This document shows positions 20,106-29,128 of a stretch of 64,000 bases of DNA, in pieces. The translations under genes were made by a program, and so were the position numbers. This DNA comes from Nitrospirota bacterium (GTDB lineage: Bacteria; Nitrospirota; Thermodesulfovibrionia; Thermodesulfovibrionales; JdFR-86). The notes below the pieces were generated by a model. That model was not told the origin of the DNA, searched no databases, and saw nothing but the letters and a program-made list of their open reading frames with translations. The stretch lies in contig CAVRJY010000002.1 in NCBI GenBank assembly GCA_963721805.1, forward strand, positions 384,001 to 448,000. The letters run 5' to 3'. How positions within the stretch are numbered: position 1 is the stretch's first letter; each line of letters opens with the position of its first letter.

Positions 20106-20840
20106 ATGCCTAACCGCAAGGTCATAGCCATTGTGCCTGCCGCCGGGCTCGGGCTCAGGTTCGGACGCACGCCGGGCAGGCATAAGTCCTCGCAATTCCC
20201 GGCCGCGAAGCAGTACGCGATGTTCGGCGGCAGGCCCCTGCTGCTGTGGGCGCTTGAGGTGCTCGAACGCTCGCCCCTGATCACCGAGATCGTGCCCGTG
20301 CTCCGAAGCGGCGACGAGCCGCTCGGGATGTCGCTCGCGCACGAGTACAAGATCAGGAAGGTCAGCCATATCGTCAGCGGCGGAGCGGAGCGGCAGGACT
20401 CGGTCCTGAATGCCCTGCGCGCCATCGAGGGCTTCATCGGAACGGTGCTCATACACGACGGCGTCCGGCCGTTTCTGACAAACGCGATCATCAAGCGCAC
20501 GCTCGAGGGCCTCAAGGGCGCTGACGGCTCGGTCGCCTCCGTCGCTCCGAAGGACACGATCAAGGAGGCGGACAGCGACGGCATCGCCGTAAGGACGCCC
20601 GCGCGCGACACGCTCAGGATCATACAGACCCCGCAGGTCTTCGGGTACGAGATCATCCGCGACGCGTACGAACGCGCAAAGCGCGAGCGCGTGCGCGCGA
20701 CGGACGACGCCACGCTCGTCGAGCGCATAGGCGGCCACGTGCGGCTCGTCGAGGGCGCATATACGAACCTGAAGGTCACGACGCGTGAGGACATGCTGAT
20801 CGCCGAGGCTCTCGTCGGGGAGGGGCTGTGGGCGACATAG
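20106..20840 (+). CDS. ispD: 2-C-methyl-D-erythritol 4-phosphate cytidylyltransferase
   Basis: PAAGLG, GGAERQDSV, IHDGVRP, QTPQ, TDDA, NLKVTT. Confidence 0.95.
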   Translation: MPNRKVIAIVPAAGLGLRFGRTPGRHKSSQFPAAKQYAMFGGRPLLLWALEVLERSPLITEIVPVLRSGDEPLGMSLAHEYKIRKVSHIVSGGAERQDSVLNALRAIEGFIGTVLIHDGVRPFLTNAIIKRTLEGLKGADGSVASVAPKDTIKEADSDGIAVRTPARDTLRIIQTPQVFGYEIIRDAYERAKRERVRATDDATLVERIGGHVRLVEGAYTNLKVTTREDMLIAEALVGEGLWAT

Positions 20841-21310
20841 GGCTGCGCGTCGGGATGGGCTATGACTCGCACAGGCTCGTCGAGGGACGGCCCCTGGTTC
20901 TCGGCGGCGTGACGGTCCCGTTCGACCGCGGCCCGCTCGGCCACTCCGACGGCGACGCGCTCGTCCACGCGGTCATCGACGCGATCCTCGGCGCGATGGG
21001 CGAGGGCGACATAGGCCGCATGTTCCCGGATACCGACCCGCAGTACAAGGGAATCGACAGCATGGCGCTTCTTGCTCGCACGACCGCGCTCGCGCGCGAG
21101 CGCGGCTGGGCGGTGCAGTGGGTTGACGCCACGGTCGTGATAGAGAGGCCCAGGCTCGCGCCATACATCGAGGCCATGCGCGAGAGGATCGCATCGGCGG
21201 GGATACTCGGGGTCAGCGTAAAGGCCAAATCGGACGAAGGGATGGGGTTTGTGGGGACCGGGGAGGGCATCGCCGCACACGCTGTGTGTCTCCTCACGCG
21301 GCTCAAGTAA
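20828..21310 (+). CDS. ispF: 2-C-methyl-D-erythritol 2,4-cyclodiphosphate synthase
   Basis: GMGYDSH, GHSDGD, GDIG.FPD. Confidence 0.95.
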   Translation: MGDIGLRVGMGYDSHRLVEGRPLVLGGVTVPFDRGPLGHSDGDALVHAVIDAILGAMGEGDIGRMFPDTDPQYKGIDSMALLARTTALARERGWAVQWVDATVVIERPRLAPYIEAMRERIASAGILGVSVKAKSDEGMGFVGTGEGIAAHAVCLLTRLK

Positions 21311-21311
21311 C

Positions 21312-21490
21312 CCTTTTTCAAAGCGCTCCAAATCGCTTGATACGTCGTTGGGCATCGAAGACTCGCCCTCTATGTACGCCCAAGTACACCATCGGGCGGT
21401 TTCCTCGACCTTCCTAGTCTGACGCGATTTATCGCGCTTTGCGAAGTGCGCGGCCCAGCCGCTGCCTCCGCGCCTCGTGGTCAACGGCAT
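21312..21490 (+). repeat. Palindromic intergenic repeat, copy C
   Basis: CCTTTTTC + core 21320-21440 + 38 nt + GGTCAACGGCAT. Confidence 0.9.
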
Positions 21491-21557
21491 GATCGGGATT
21501 CCGCCCATCGGCTTACTATAGTTACGCATACCGCGCGCGCGCCTTTTTTTTTATAGC

Positions 21558-21672
21558 GTTCGGATGTTTGAGGCAAAATCAAGGCTAACCCGACGAAAAA
21601 CAACGATTTGCTGACCGAAACCTCGTTCGGATGTTCGGATGTTTTTGGCCGAAACCCGGGCGATGTTCGAAT
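21558..21672. repeat. Cluster of GTTCGGAT direct repeats plus two CCGAAACC
   Basis: GTTCGGAT at 21558, 21625 and 21633; variant GTTCGAAT at 21665; CCGAAACC at 21615 and 21649. Confidence 0.7.
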
Positions 21673-21770
21673 CCAGTCTGATATTAGTTTAAGTGCGTAA
21701 ACTTTCCGGATCTCTAGGCCAGCTAAATATATCTCTATACACATCGTGCGCGATGATAAACCAACAGGGC

Positions 21771-21828
21771 GGAACTGCGCCATGGGAACTGGTTCCTAGG
21801 AACCGGTTCCATGGAACCAGTTCCTAGG
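21771..21828. repeat. 14-bp-period tandem array of the palindrome GGAACCGGTTCC; continues after IS481 to 23046
   Basis: Units at 21785, 21799 and 21813, a degenerate unit at 21771, and GGAGTCGGTTCC at 23035. Confidence 0.85.
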
Positions 21829-23028
21829 TGTAAAGGTTACGCTCTTACCGGACAGTATCAGGCTGGAAAAAGCAGGCGGCAGCCAGCCCTTCCATCGGTT
21901 AGAATGTTTCACCACAAAACACAGACCGAAGGAGGAAGGGCATGACTGCCAAAGAAAAGATATCACAAGGGAGGCTTTCAATGCTTCAGCTGGCCGAGAG
22001 GCTCAGGAACGTGTCGGAGGCCTGTCGCCGCCGGGGGGTGAGCCGCAGCCAGTTTTACGAGTACAAGCGGGCGTTTCAGGAGCAGGGGTTTGCGGGGCTC
22101 GCGGACCTTCCGCCGATAGCGCGTAGCTGTCCCCACAAGACGCCTGAGGAGGCCCGCAAGCGAGTGATCGAGATGAGCCTTGCTCACCCCCGGTGGGGGA
22201 AGCAGCGCATCTTCGAGCACCTGCTTCTGGAGGGCATATTGGTGCGTCCCTCAACTGTGTATCGCATCCAGGTTCGCGAGGGGCTGGAGTCGAAGGCCAA
22301 GCGCATCCTCCGGCTTGAGCAGGAGGCTAACGGCAAGGAGATCGAGCTAACGGAGGAGCAGGTCAAGCTCATCGAGCGGGCCAATCCGTGCTTCAGGGAA
22401 AGGCATGTGGAGAGCGCATATCCGGGCTATCTGCTCAGCCAGGACACCTTCACGGTGGGCAAGCTCAAGGGCATCGGGACCGTGTATCTGCAGGCCGTGG
22501 TGGACACGTACGGCTCTTATGCCTTCGGCAAGCTGTACACGTCGAAGAGGCCCGAGACGGCGGCCGACGTGCTCTACGACCGCGTGCTGCCGTTTTACGA
22601 GGACCATGGCATCAGGGTCCAGCATGTCCTGACGGACAACGGCTCGGAGTACTGCGGCAAGCTGCTGCGGCATCCGTACGAGCTGTTTCTGGCGCTTCAC
22701 GACATCGCGCATCGAAGGACGAAGGTGGCGACACCGAGGACAAACGGATTCGTGGAGCGGTTTAATCGCACCATCCTGGACGAGTTCTTCTCGGAGACGT
22801 TCAGGTACCGGTTCTACGCATCGCTCGATGAGCTGCAGTATGACCTCGACCGGTGGCTGCACCACTACAACAACGAGCGCCCTCACAAGGGCTATCGCAA
22901 CATGGGCAGACGGCCAATAGAAACTATCGAGCTGGGCAAAAAGCTAAGACAGAAAGCTGAGGAGGAGGCCGCCTGATCAGTGCGACCGATGAGATGGAAA
23001 ACTGTCCGGAGAGCACTGGACTTTTACA
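21829..23028 (+). mobile_element. IS481-family insertion sequence, 1200 bp
   Basis: TGT...ACA ends with ~28-bp imperfect IRs (TGTAAAGG...CCGGACAGT / ACTGTCCGG...TTTTACA); 8-bp duplication TTCCTAGG at 21821-28 and 23029-36. Confidence 0.92.
21942..22976 (+). CDS. IS481-family transposase
   Basis: NVSEACRRRGVSRSQFY HTH, LSQDT, LTDNGSEY, PRTNGFVERFNRT, YNNERPH. Confidence 0.95.
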   Translation: MTAKEKISQGRLSMLQLAERLRNVSEACRRRGVSRSQFYEYKRAFQEQGFAGLADLPPIARSCPHKTPEEARKRVIEMSLAHPRWGKQRIFEHLLLEGILVRPSTVYRIQVREGLESKAKRILRLEQEANGKEIELTEEQVKLIERANPCFRERHVESAYPGYLLSQDTFTVGKLKGIGTVYLQAVVDTYGSYAFGKLYTSKRPETAADVLYDRVLPFYEDHGIRVQHVLTDNGSEYCGKLLRHPYELFLALHDIAHRRTKVATPRTNGFVERFNRTILDEFFSETFRYRFYASLDELQYDLDRWLHHYNNERPHKGYRNMGRRPIETIELGKKLRQKAEEEAA

Positions 23029-23119
23029 TTCCTAGGAGTCGGTTCCGTTGATCTATGAAACCCAACAGCGGTGCGTGTTTAGCTTGCCAAGGGAGAGGGC
23101 AGGGGGCTATTTTAAATCA

Positions 23120-23284
23120 ATGCCGTTGACCGCTCGCACGATTATGCAGGTGCTACATTAAAGCGCGCCCAAATTGTCTTCAGACTAGGAACGGCGAGAA
23201 GACCGCCCGATGGTGTACTGGGATGTACATAGAGGGCGCGTCTTCGCAGCCGTGACGACGTATCAAGCGATTTGGCGCGGCTTT
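23120..23284 (-). repeat. Palindromic intergenic repeat, copy B
   Basis: Core 23160-23284 overlaps the nuoM stop codon; ATGCCGTTGACC at 23120-23131. Confidence 0.9.
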
Positions 23285-24791
23285 AGAAGATGGAGCTAAT
23301 AAAGGATTGCGCCAGATTCAGTTCCTGCGGGCGAATGTTGACGCGCGATAGCAGATGCTCCACGCTCGGGTGCAGGAACCCCAGGAACGCGTTTGGATAT
23401 ATGCCGATCCAGAATATCAGCACGATCATCGGCGCGAGCGTCAGGATCTCGCGGATGTCGATGTCCTTCAAGACCGAGACCTTGGGCGTCACCTCAAGGA
23501 AGAAGACCCTCTGATAGAGCCAGAGCATATAGCCCGCGCCGATGATGACGCCGGTCGCGGCGAACGCGCCGGCCATCTTCGAGGCCGTGAAACCGCCCAG
23601 CAGGATCAGGAACTCGCCTACGAACCCGTTCATGCTCGGAAGCCCGATCGAGGCCAGAGTGAAGATCAAAAACAGCGCTGAGAAGACCGGCATCACGGTG
23701 GCCGTCCCGCCGTAGTCCGCGATGCGGCGCGTATGCGTGCGCTCGTATATCGCCCCGACCGAGAGGAAGAGCCCGCCGGTCACGATGCCGTGGTTGACCA
23801 TCTGGAGGATGCCGCCCTCCATGCCCTGCGTGTTGAGCGAGAAAATACCTAGCGTCACGAACCCCATGTGGCTGACCGAGCTGTACGCGATCAGGCGTTT
23901 TAAGTCGGTCTGCGCGAGGCAGACGACCGCGCCGTAGATGATCGCTATAACCGAGAGCGTGAGCATCACAGGGGTCATGGCCACCGTGGCGGCCGGGAAG
24001 AGCGGGAGCGAGAAGCGCAGGAAGCCGTATGCGCCCATCTTGATCAGCACCGCCGCGAGTACGACGCTGCCCGCTGTAGGGGCCTCGGTATGCGCGTCGG
24101 GCAGCCAGGTGTGCACAGGGAACATCGGCACCTTCACGGCGAAGGCCGCGAAGAAGGCCCAGAAGAGCCAGAACTGGAGCTTGTAGGAATATGCGTGCTC
24201 GGCGAGCTCGCGTATGTCGAGCGTGTGGCTGACGCTATAGAGCGTGATAATGCCGACGAGCATCAGGACGCTTCCGACGAGCGTATAGAGGAAGAACTTG
24301 ATCGCGGCGTACACGCGGTTCGGCCCGCCCCAGACGCCGATAAGGAGGAACATCGGGATCAGCATCGCCTCCCAGAAGATGTAGAACAGGAAGAGGTCCA
24401 TTGCGCAGAACACGCCGATCATCGCGCCTTCGAGGATGAGGAGCGCCATGTAGAACTCCTTGACCTTCTTCGTGATCGCGTTCCATGAGATCGTGATGCA
24501 GAGGATCGTGACGAGCGTCGAGAGCAGGACGAACAGCACGCTTATGCCGTCCACTCCGAGCGAGTAGCGGACGTTGAAGGCATCTATCCAGGGCGCGGAC
24601 TCCTGAAACTGCATCGCGAACGTCGTGGTGTCAAACGAGCTAAACAGCGGCAGCGAGAGCAGGAACGTTATGAAGCTCAGCGTGAGCGCCGAGTATTTGA
24701 TCGCGGCCTCGTTGGAGCGCGGGATCATGCCTATGACCAGCCCGCCGACTATCGGCAGGAAGATCAGCGCGCTCAGTATCGGATAACCCAT
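23283..24791 (-). CDS. nuoM: NADH-quinone oxidoreductase subunit M
   Basis: FYIFWEAMLIP, AVKVPMFPVHTWLPDAHTEAP, KRLIAYSSVSHMG. Confidence 0.95.
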   Translation of the reverse strand: MGYPILSALIFLPIVGGLVIGMIPRSNEAAIKYSALTLSFITFLLSLPLFSSFDTTTFAMQFQESAPWIDAFNVRYSLGVDGISVLFVLLSTLVTILCITISWNAITKKVKEFYMALLILEGAMIGVFCAMDLFLFYIFWEAMLIPMFLLIGVWGGPNRVYAAIKFFLYTLVGSVLMLVGIITLYSVSHTLDIRELAEHAYSYKLQFWLFWAFFAAFAVKVPMFPVHTWLPDAHTEAPTAGSVVLAAVLIKMGAYGFLRFSLPLFPAATVAMTPVMLTLSVIAIIYGAVVCLAQTDLKRLIAYSSVSHMGFVTLGIFSLNTQGMEGGILQMVNHGIVTGGLFLSVGAIYERTHTRRIADYGGTATVMPVFSALFLIFTLASIGLPSMNGFVGEFLILLGGFTASKMAGAFAATGVIIGAGYMLWLYQRVFFLEVTPKVSVLKDIDIREILTLAPMIVLIFWIGIYPNAFLGFLHPSVEHLLSRVNIRPQELNLAQSFISSIF

Positions 24792-24801
24792 GTGTCCCCC
24801 T

Positions 24802-26727
24802 CTATTGCCAGAACAGCGCGATGGCGGCCGCGATCAGGAGCCCGACCGCCATGGCCGAGCCGTAGTGGTGCAGCACGCCGGTCTGCGCCTTGCGCAGCAC
24901 GCCGCTTAAGGCCCCAATGCCGCGCGGGACGCCGTTTACGATGCCCTCGATGATCCGGCCGTCCGTGACCCTGACGATCACGTTCTCGGCCACCCACATC
25001 GTGGGCCTGATGACCGTGAGGTCATAGAACTCGTCCACGTAGTACTTGTTCCAGAGCACGCGGTGCACCCCGCGGAAGTTCGCCAGCACGCGCTCCGGGA
25101 TCGAGGTGTCCCTCAGGTAGACGTAATACGCCCCGAAGATGCCGATCACCCCGCACATTATCGAGATGAACATGACCATCATCTCCTCGGCGTGCGTGCC
25201 GTGGGCCTCGGGCTCGCCGAGCACAGGGGCGAGGAACGCCGCGAACTTGTCAGCGTGCTCGCCGCCAAGGAGCGGCGAGATCCCGATCCAGCCTGCCGCT
25301 ACGGCCCCTACCGCCAGTATCGCAAGCGGGATGGTCATGTTCTTTGGGGACTCGTGCAGGTGGTGTTCCTGCTCGTGCGTCCCGCGGAACTTGCCGTGGA
25401 ACGTGAGGAAGAAGATCCTGAAGGAGTAAAATGCCGTAATGAGCGCGGTGATCGTGCCAAGCACCCAGACGAACTTGCCTACCGCGCCTCCGTTGTATGC
25501 CTGCCAGAGTATCTCGTCCTTGCTGAAGAACCCGGCGAACCCCGGCACCCCGGAGATGCTCAGCGAGGCCAGCAGGAACGTCCAGTAGGTCCAGGGCATG
25601 TACTTCCTGAGCCCGCCCATCTTCTGGATGTCGAGCACCCCGCCCATCGCGTGCATGACGCTGCCGGCCCCCAAAAACAGGAGGGCCTTGAAGAACGCGT
25701 GCGTGTAAAGGTGGAATATCCCCGCCGCATACGCCCCGACGCCGCAGGCCACGAACATGTAGCCGAGCTGGCTTATCGTCGAGTACGCGATGACGCGCTT
25801 GATGTCGTTTTGGACGAGCGCGATGGTGGCCGCAAAGAGCGATGTCACCGCCCCTGTGATCGCGACGACCATGAGCGCCTTTTCGGACAGCCCGAAGATC
25901 GGGTTACACCGCGCGATCATAAACACGCCGGCCGTGACCATCGTAGCGGCGTGGATCAGGGCGCTGACCGGGGTGGGGCCTTCCATGGCGTCCGGCAGCC
26001 AGACGTGCAGCGGAATCTGCGCGGACTTGCCGATCGCGCCGCAGAACAGCAGCAGCGCGATTACGGTGATGAGGTCATAATCCGTCCCGAATATGTTGAT
26101 CGTGTGGCCGACGAGGTTCTTGACCCCTATGAAGGCCGGGGCGTAGTGTATCGTGCCTACTGAGAGGAACAGGAGCATGATGCCGAGCCCGAAGCCGAAG
26201 TCGCCGAAGCGGTTGACGATGAAGGCCTTCTTGCCCGCGTCAGAGGCCGATTTCTTTTCGTAGTAATACCCGATCAGGAAGTACGAGCAGAGGCCGACGG
26301 CCTCCCAGCCGAAGTAGAGCTGCAGGAAGTTGTTGGCCATCACGAGCATGAGCATCGAGAAGGTAAACAGGCTGAGATATGCGAAGAACCTGTAGTAGCC
26401 CTCCTCGCCGTGCATGTACCCGATGGAGTAGATGTGCACGAGGCTCGATACCGTCGTGACTACGATGAGCATCACGCACGTCAGCGGGTCTACGAGGAAC
26501 CCGACCGTCGCCCTGAACCCCCCTGAGTTGATCCACTCAAAGAGGTCGACGTTATAGGTGTGGCCGTTTATGACGCTTAGGAGCGTGGCCAGCGAGATCA
26601 GCCACGAGGCCACGACGGCCGGGACTGCCACCAGATGGGCGTTGTGGCCGATGTAGCGCTTGCCGAAGAGGATGTTAATGGCGAAGGCCAGAAGCGGTAT
26701 AAACGGTATCAGGATGAATGCGTTCAT
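24802..26727 (-). CDS. nuoL: NADH-quinone oxidoreductase subunit L
   Basis: GKSAQIPLHVWLPDAMEGPTPVSALIHAATMV. Confidence 0.97.
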   Translation of the reverse strand: MNAFILIPFIPLLAFAINILFGKRYIGHNAHLVAVPAVVASWLISLATLLSVINGHTYNVDLFEWINSGGFRATVGFLVDPLTCVMLIVVTTVSSLVHIYSIGYMHGEEGYYRFFAYLSLFTFSMLMLVMANNFLQLYFGWEAVGLCSYFLIGYYYEKKSASDAGKKAFIVNRFGDFGFGLGIMLLFLSVGTIHYAPAFIGVKNLVGHTINIFGTDYDLITVIALLLFCGAIGKSAQIPLHVWLPDAMEGPTPVSALIHAATMVTAGVFMIARCNPIFGLSEKALMVVAITGAVTSLFAATIALVQNDIKRVIAYSTISQLGYMFVACGVGAYAAGIFHLYTHAFFKALLFLGAGSVMHAMGGVLDIQKMGGLRKYMPWTYWTFLLASLSISGVPGFAGFFSKDEILWQAYNGGAVGKFVWVLGTITALITAFYSFRIFFLTFHGKFRGTHEQEHHLHESPKNMTIPLAILAVGAVAAGWIGISPLLGGEHADKFAAFLAPVLGEPEAHGTHAEEMMVMFISIMCGVIGIFGAYYVYLRDTSIPERVLANFRGVHRVLWNKYYVDEFYDLTVIRPTMWVAENVIVRVTDGRIIEGIVNGVPRGIGALSGVLRKAQTGVLHHYGSAMAVGLLIAAAIALFWQ

Positions 26728-26734
26728 GGCGCGG

Positions 26735-27058
26735 TTACCCCTTGAGCTCCGTCATCTCGTCCACGTGCGCGGTCTCCTTGTTGCGGTAGACCGCTATGAT
26801 GATCGCCAGGCCGATGGCCGCCTCGGCCGCCGCGACCGCTATGATGAAGAACGCCAGTATCTGCCCCCGCAGGTCCTGCATATAGTGGCTGAAGGCCACG
26901 AGGCTTATGTTGACGGCGTTGAGCATCAGCTCGACCGACATGAACATGATGATGATGTTGCGCCTCAGGAGGAAGCCCGCCACCCCGACCACGAACAACG
27001 CGGCCGAGAGCCAGATATACCAATCCAGTGGGACGTAGTACAAGGTATCGGGCCTCAT
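26735..27058 (-). CDS. nuoK: NADH-quinone oxidoreductase subunit K
   Basis: SVELMLNAVN, VAAAEAAIGLA. Confidence 0.95.
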   Translation of the reverse strand: MRPDTLYYVPLDWYIWLSAALFVVGVAGFLLRRNIIIMFMSVELMLNAVNISLVAFSHYMQDLRGQILAFFIIAVAAAEAAIGLAIIIAVYRNKETAHVDEMTELKG

Positions 27059-27570
27059 TTCGACTTGAACTCCTTCTTCGCCAGCACCAGCGTGCCTATG
27101 ATGGCCACCAGCAGGATCAGCGACGCGACCTCGAAGGGATAGACGTAATCGGTATAGAGCACCAGGCCAATGGCCTTAAGGTGCGTAAGCTCCGTGATCT
27201 TCTGTATGCTGTAGGGGCCCATGTGGCCGATCTCGATGTAGCGGAGGCCACTAAACATGAAGCCCGCAAGCGCGGCTATAAATATGATCGCAGTGGGCCA
27301 CTGGAGCGTGAACTGCCGCGTGGCGGTCTCGTACTTGAGGTTCAGCAAAAGGACGACAAACAGGAACAGCACCAGTATGGCCCCGGCGTAGACGATCATC
27401 TGTATCGCGGCCATGAACTCCGCGTTCAGGAACAGATAAAGCCCCGCGACGTGGAAGAACATCAGGAGCATCAGCAGCACGCTGTGCACCGGGTTTCGCC
27501 GCGTGATGACCAGCACGGAGAGCACCGTGATCATCGACGCGAAGTATATGAAGAACCCCTGCGGGATCAT
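27055..27570 (-). CDS. nuoJ: NADH-quinone oxidoreductase subunit J
   Basis: NPVHSVL, QMIVYAGAILVLFLF, PFEVASLILLVA. Confidence 0.95.
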   Translation of the reverse strand: MIPQGFFIYFASMITVLSVLVITRRNPVHSVLLMLLMFFHVAGLYLFLNAEFMAAIQMIVYAGAILVLFLFVVLLLNLKYETATRQFTLQWPTAIIFIAALAGFMFSGLRYIEIGHMGPYSIQKITELTHLKAIGLVLYTDYVYPFEVASLILLVAIIGTLVLAKKEFKSK

Positions 27571-28127
27571 GACTTTCCACCGCCTTTGCGCCTGAAAACC
27601 GGCTGGTCCTCGTGGCCCGCGAAGTCCTCGGCCTTGGGCCGCCAGTATTTCTTGAGGTAATCAATGCCCTTCTCGCCGGGCATGTACTTGTCCCAGTTCG
27701 CGAGCAGACGCTCCTTGTCCATCAGGAGTTCGGCGCGGGTGTATGCGGAATACTCGTAATGCTCGGTGAGCACGATCGCCCCGACAGGGCAGGCCTCGAC
27801 GCACAGCGCGCAGAACAGGCATTTTAAGACCTCTATCTCGTAGCGGTCCAGCACGCGGCCCTCGTCCGGCCCGACGCTCGTGTGCAGGGATATGCACTTA
27901 GAGGGGCATACCGCGACGCACAGCCCGCAGGCGATGCACTTCTCCTTGCCGGTCGATGCGTCCCTGACGAGCGCGTGCAGGCCCCTGAAGCCTTCGGCGA
28001 CCTTCTTGCGCTCCTTGGGGTACTGGATCGTGACAGGCTTTTTAAACAGCATGCGGAGAGTGAGCATCAGCCCCTTGATGAGCTCCATGAAAAACAGCGG
28101 CGGATATGACCTGCGGTTTTCGCTCAT
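27567..28127 (-). CDS. nuoI: NADH-quinone oxidoreductase subunit I
   Basis: TIQYP, CIACGLCVAVCP, CLFCALCVEACP. Confidence 0.95.
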   Translation of the reverse strand: MSENRRSYPPLFFMELIKGLMLTLRMLFKKPVTIQYPKERKKVAEGFRGLHALVRDASTGKEKCIACGLCVAVCPSKCISLHTSVGPDEGRVLDRYEIEVLKCLFCALCVEACPVGAIVLTEHYEYSAYTRAELLMDKERLLANWDKYMPGEKGIDYLKKYWRPKAEDFAGHEDQPVFRRKGGGKS

Positions 28128-29128
28128 GCGAACATCCTTATGCACGCCGCCAGCACTATGTTGGCGAGCGAAAGCGGGATCAGGACCTTCCAGCCTATCG
28201 CCATGAGCTGGTCATAGCGGTATCTGGGATAGGTCGCGCGCACCCAGTAGTAAACGAAGAAGCAGCCGTAGACCTTCAGGAACAGCCAGATAAACGGCAG
28301 GTAAGGGATCTGGAACGGGCCGAGCCAGCCGCCCAGGAAGCAGATAGAGCCGATAAATGACATGATGATCATGGCCATGTACTCGGCCACGAAGAAAAGC
28401 GAGAACCGCATGCCGCTGTACTCTGTGAAATACCCGGCGACGAGTTCGGTCTCGGCCTCGGGCAGGTCAAACGGCGAGCGGTTCGTCTCGGCCATCGCCG
28501 CCAGTATGAATATGACCATGCCAATTATCTGAGTAGGCAGGAACTTCCAGGGGTAGGGCGACTGGGCGTGCACGATGTCGGTCAGGTTCAGCGAGCTGGA
28601 CATTATCATCACGCTAACGAGGCTCATGCCCATCGCTATCTCGTAGCTGATGATCTGGGCCGAGGCGCGCATGCCGCCCAGGAACGCGAACTTCGAGTTC
28701 GAGGACCAGCCGGACATCACGACGCCGTATGCGCCCATCGAAGAGAGCGCGAGGACGTAGAGTATGCCGATGTTTATGTTCGCGAGCTCGAAGCCGTCGA
28801 AGAACGGGAGCACCGCGAGCGATGATATGCATGCCATGGTAAATATGATAGGCGAGGCGTAGAACACCGCCCTGTCGGCCTGGGCCGGGACGATGTCCTC
28901 TTTGAATATCAGCTTGACGAAGTCCGCAAACGGCTGCAGCGGGCCGGGGCCGACGGCCAACGACGGGCCGAGGCGGGCCTGCATGTGGCCGATCACCTTG
29001 CGCTCGAAATACGTCGCGTAGGCTACGTGCAGCATGATGACCGTAAATATAATGACGAGCTTAAGGAGTATGAACGCAACAGTCCCGGCAAGCCCGTATG
29101 CCGTGAAAAACGCCGCTATCGCCGCCAT
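28124..29128 (-). CDS. nuoH: NADH-quinone oxidoreductase subunit H
   Basis: ERKVIGHMQARLGP, AETNRSPFDLPEAETELVAG, PRYRYDQLM. Confidence 0.97.
   Translation of the reverse strand: MAAIAAFFTAYGLAGTVAFILLKLVIIFTVIMLHVAYATYFERKVIGHMQARLGPSLAVGPGPLQPFADFVKLIFKEDIVPAQADRAVFYASPIIFTMACISSLAVLPFFDGFELANINIGILYVLALSSMGAYGVVMSGWSSNSKFAFLGGMRASAQIISYEIAMGMSLVSVMIMSSSLNLTDIVHAQSPYPWKFLPTQIIGMVIFILAAMAETNRSPFDLPEAETELVAGYFTEYSGMRFSLFFVAEYMAMIIMSFIGSICFLGGWLGPFQIPYLPFIWLFLKVYGCFFVYYWVRATYPRYRYDQLMAIGWKVLIPLSLANIVLAACIRMFA

Noticed and set aside
21676..21705. dif site
   Set aside because: Poor match to the XerD arm TTATGTTAAAT; cannot be supported
21771..21828. CRISPR array
   Set aside because: Units are 12 bp with 2-bp spacers; no unique spacers and no cas genes
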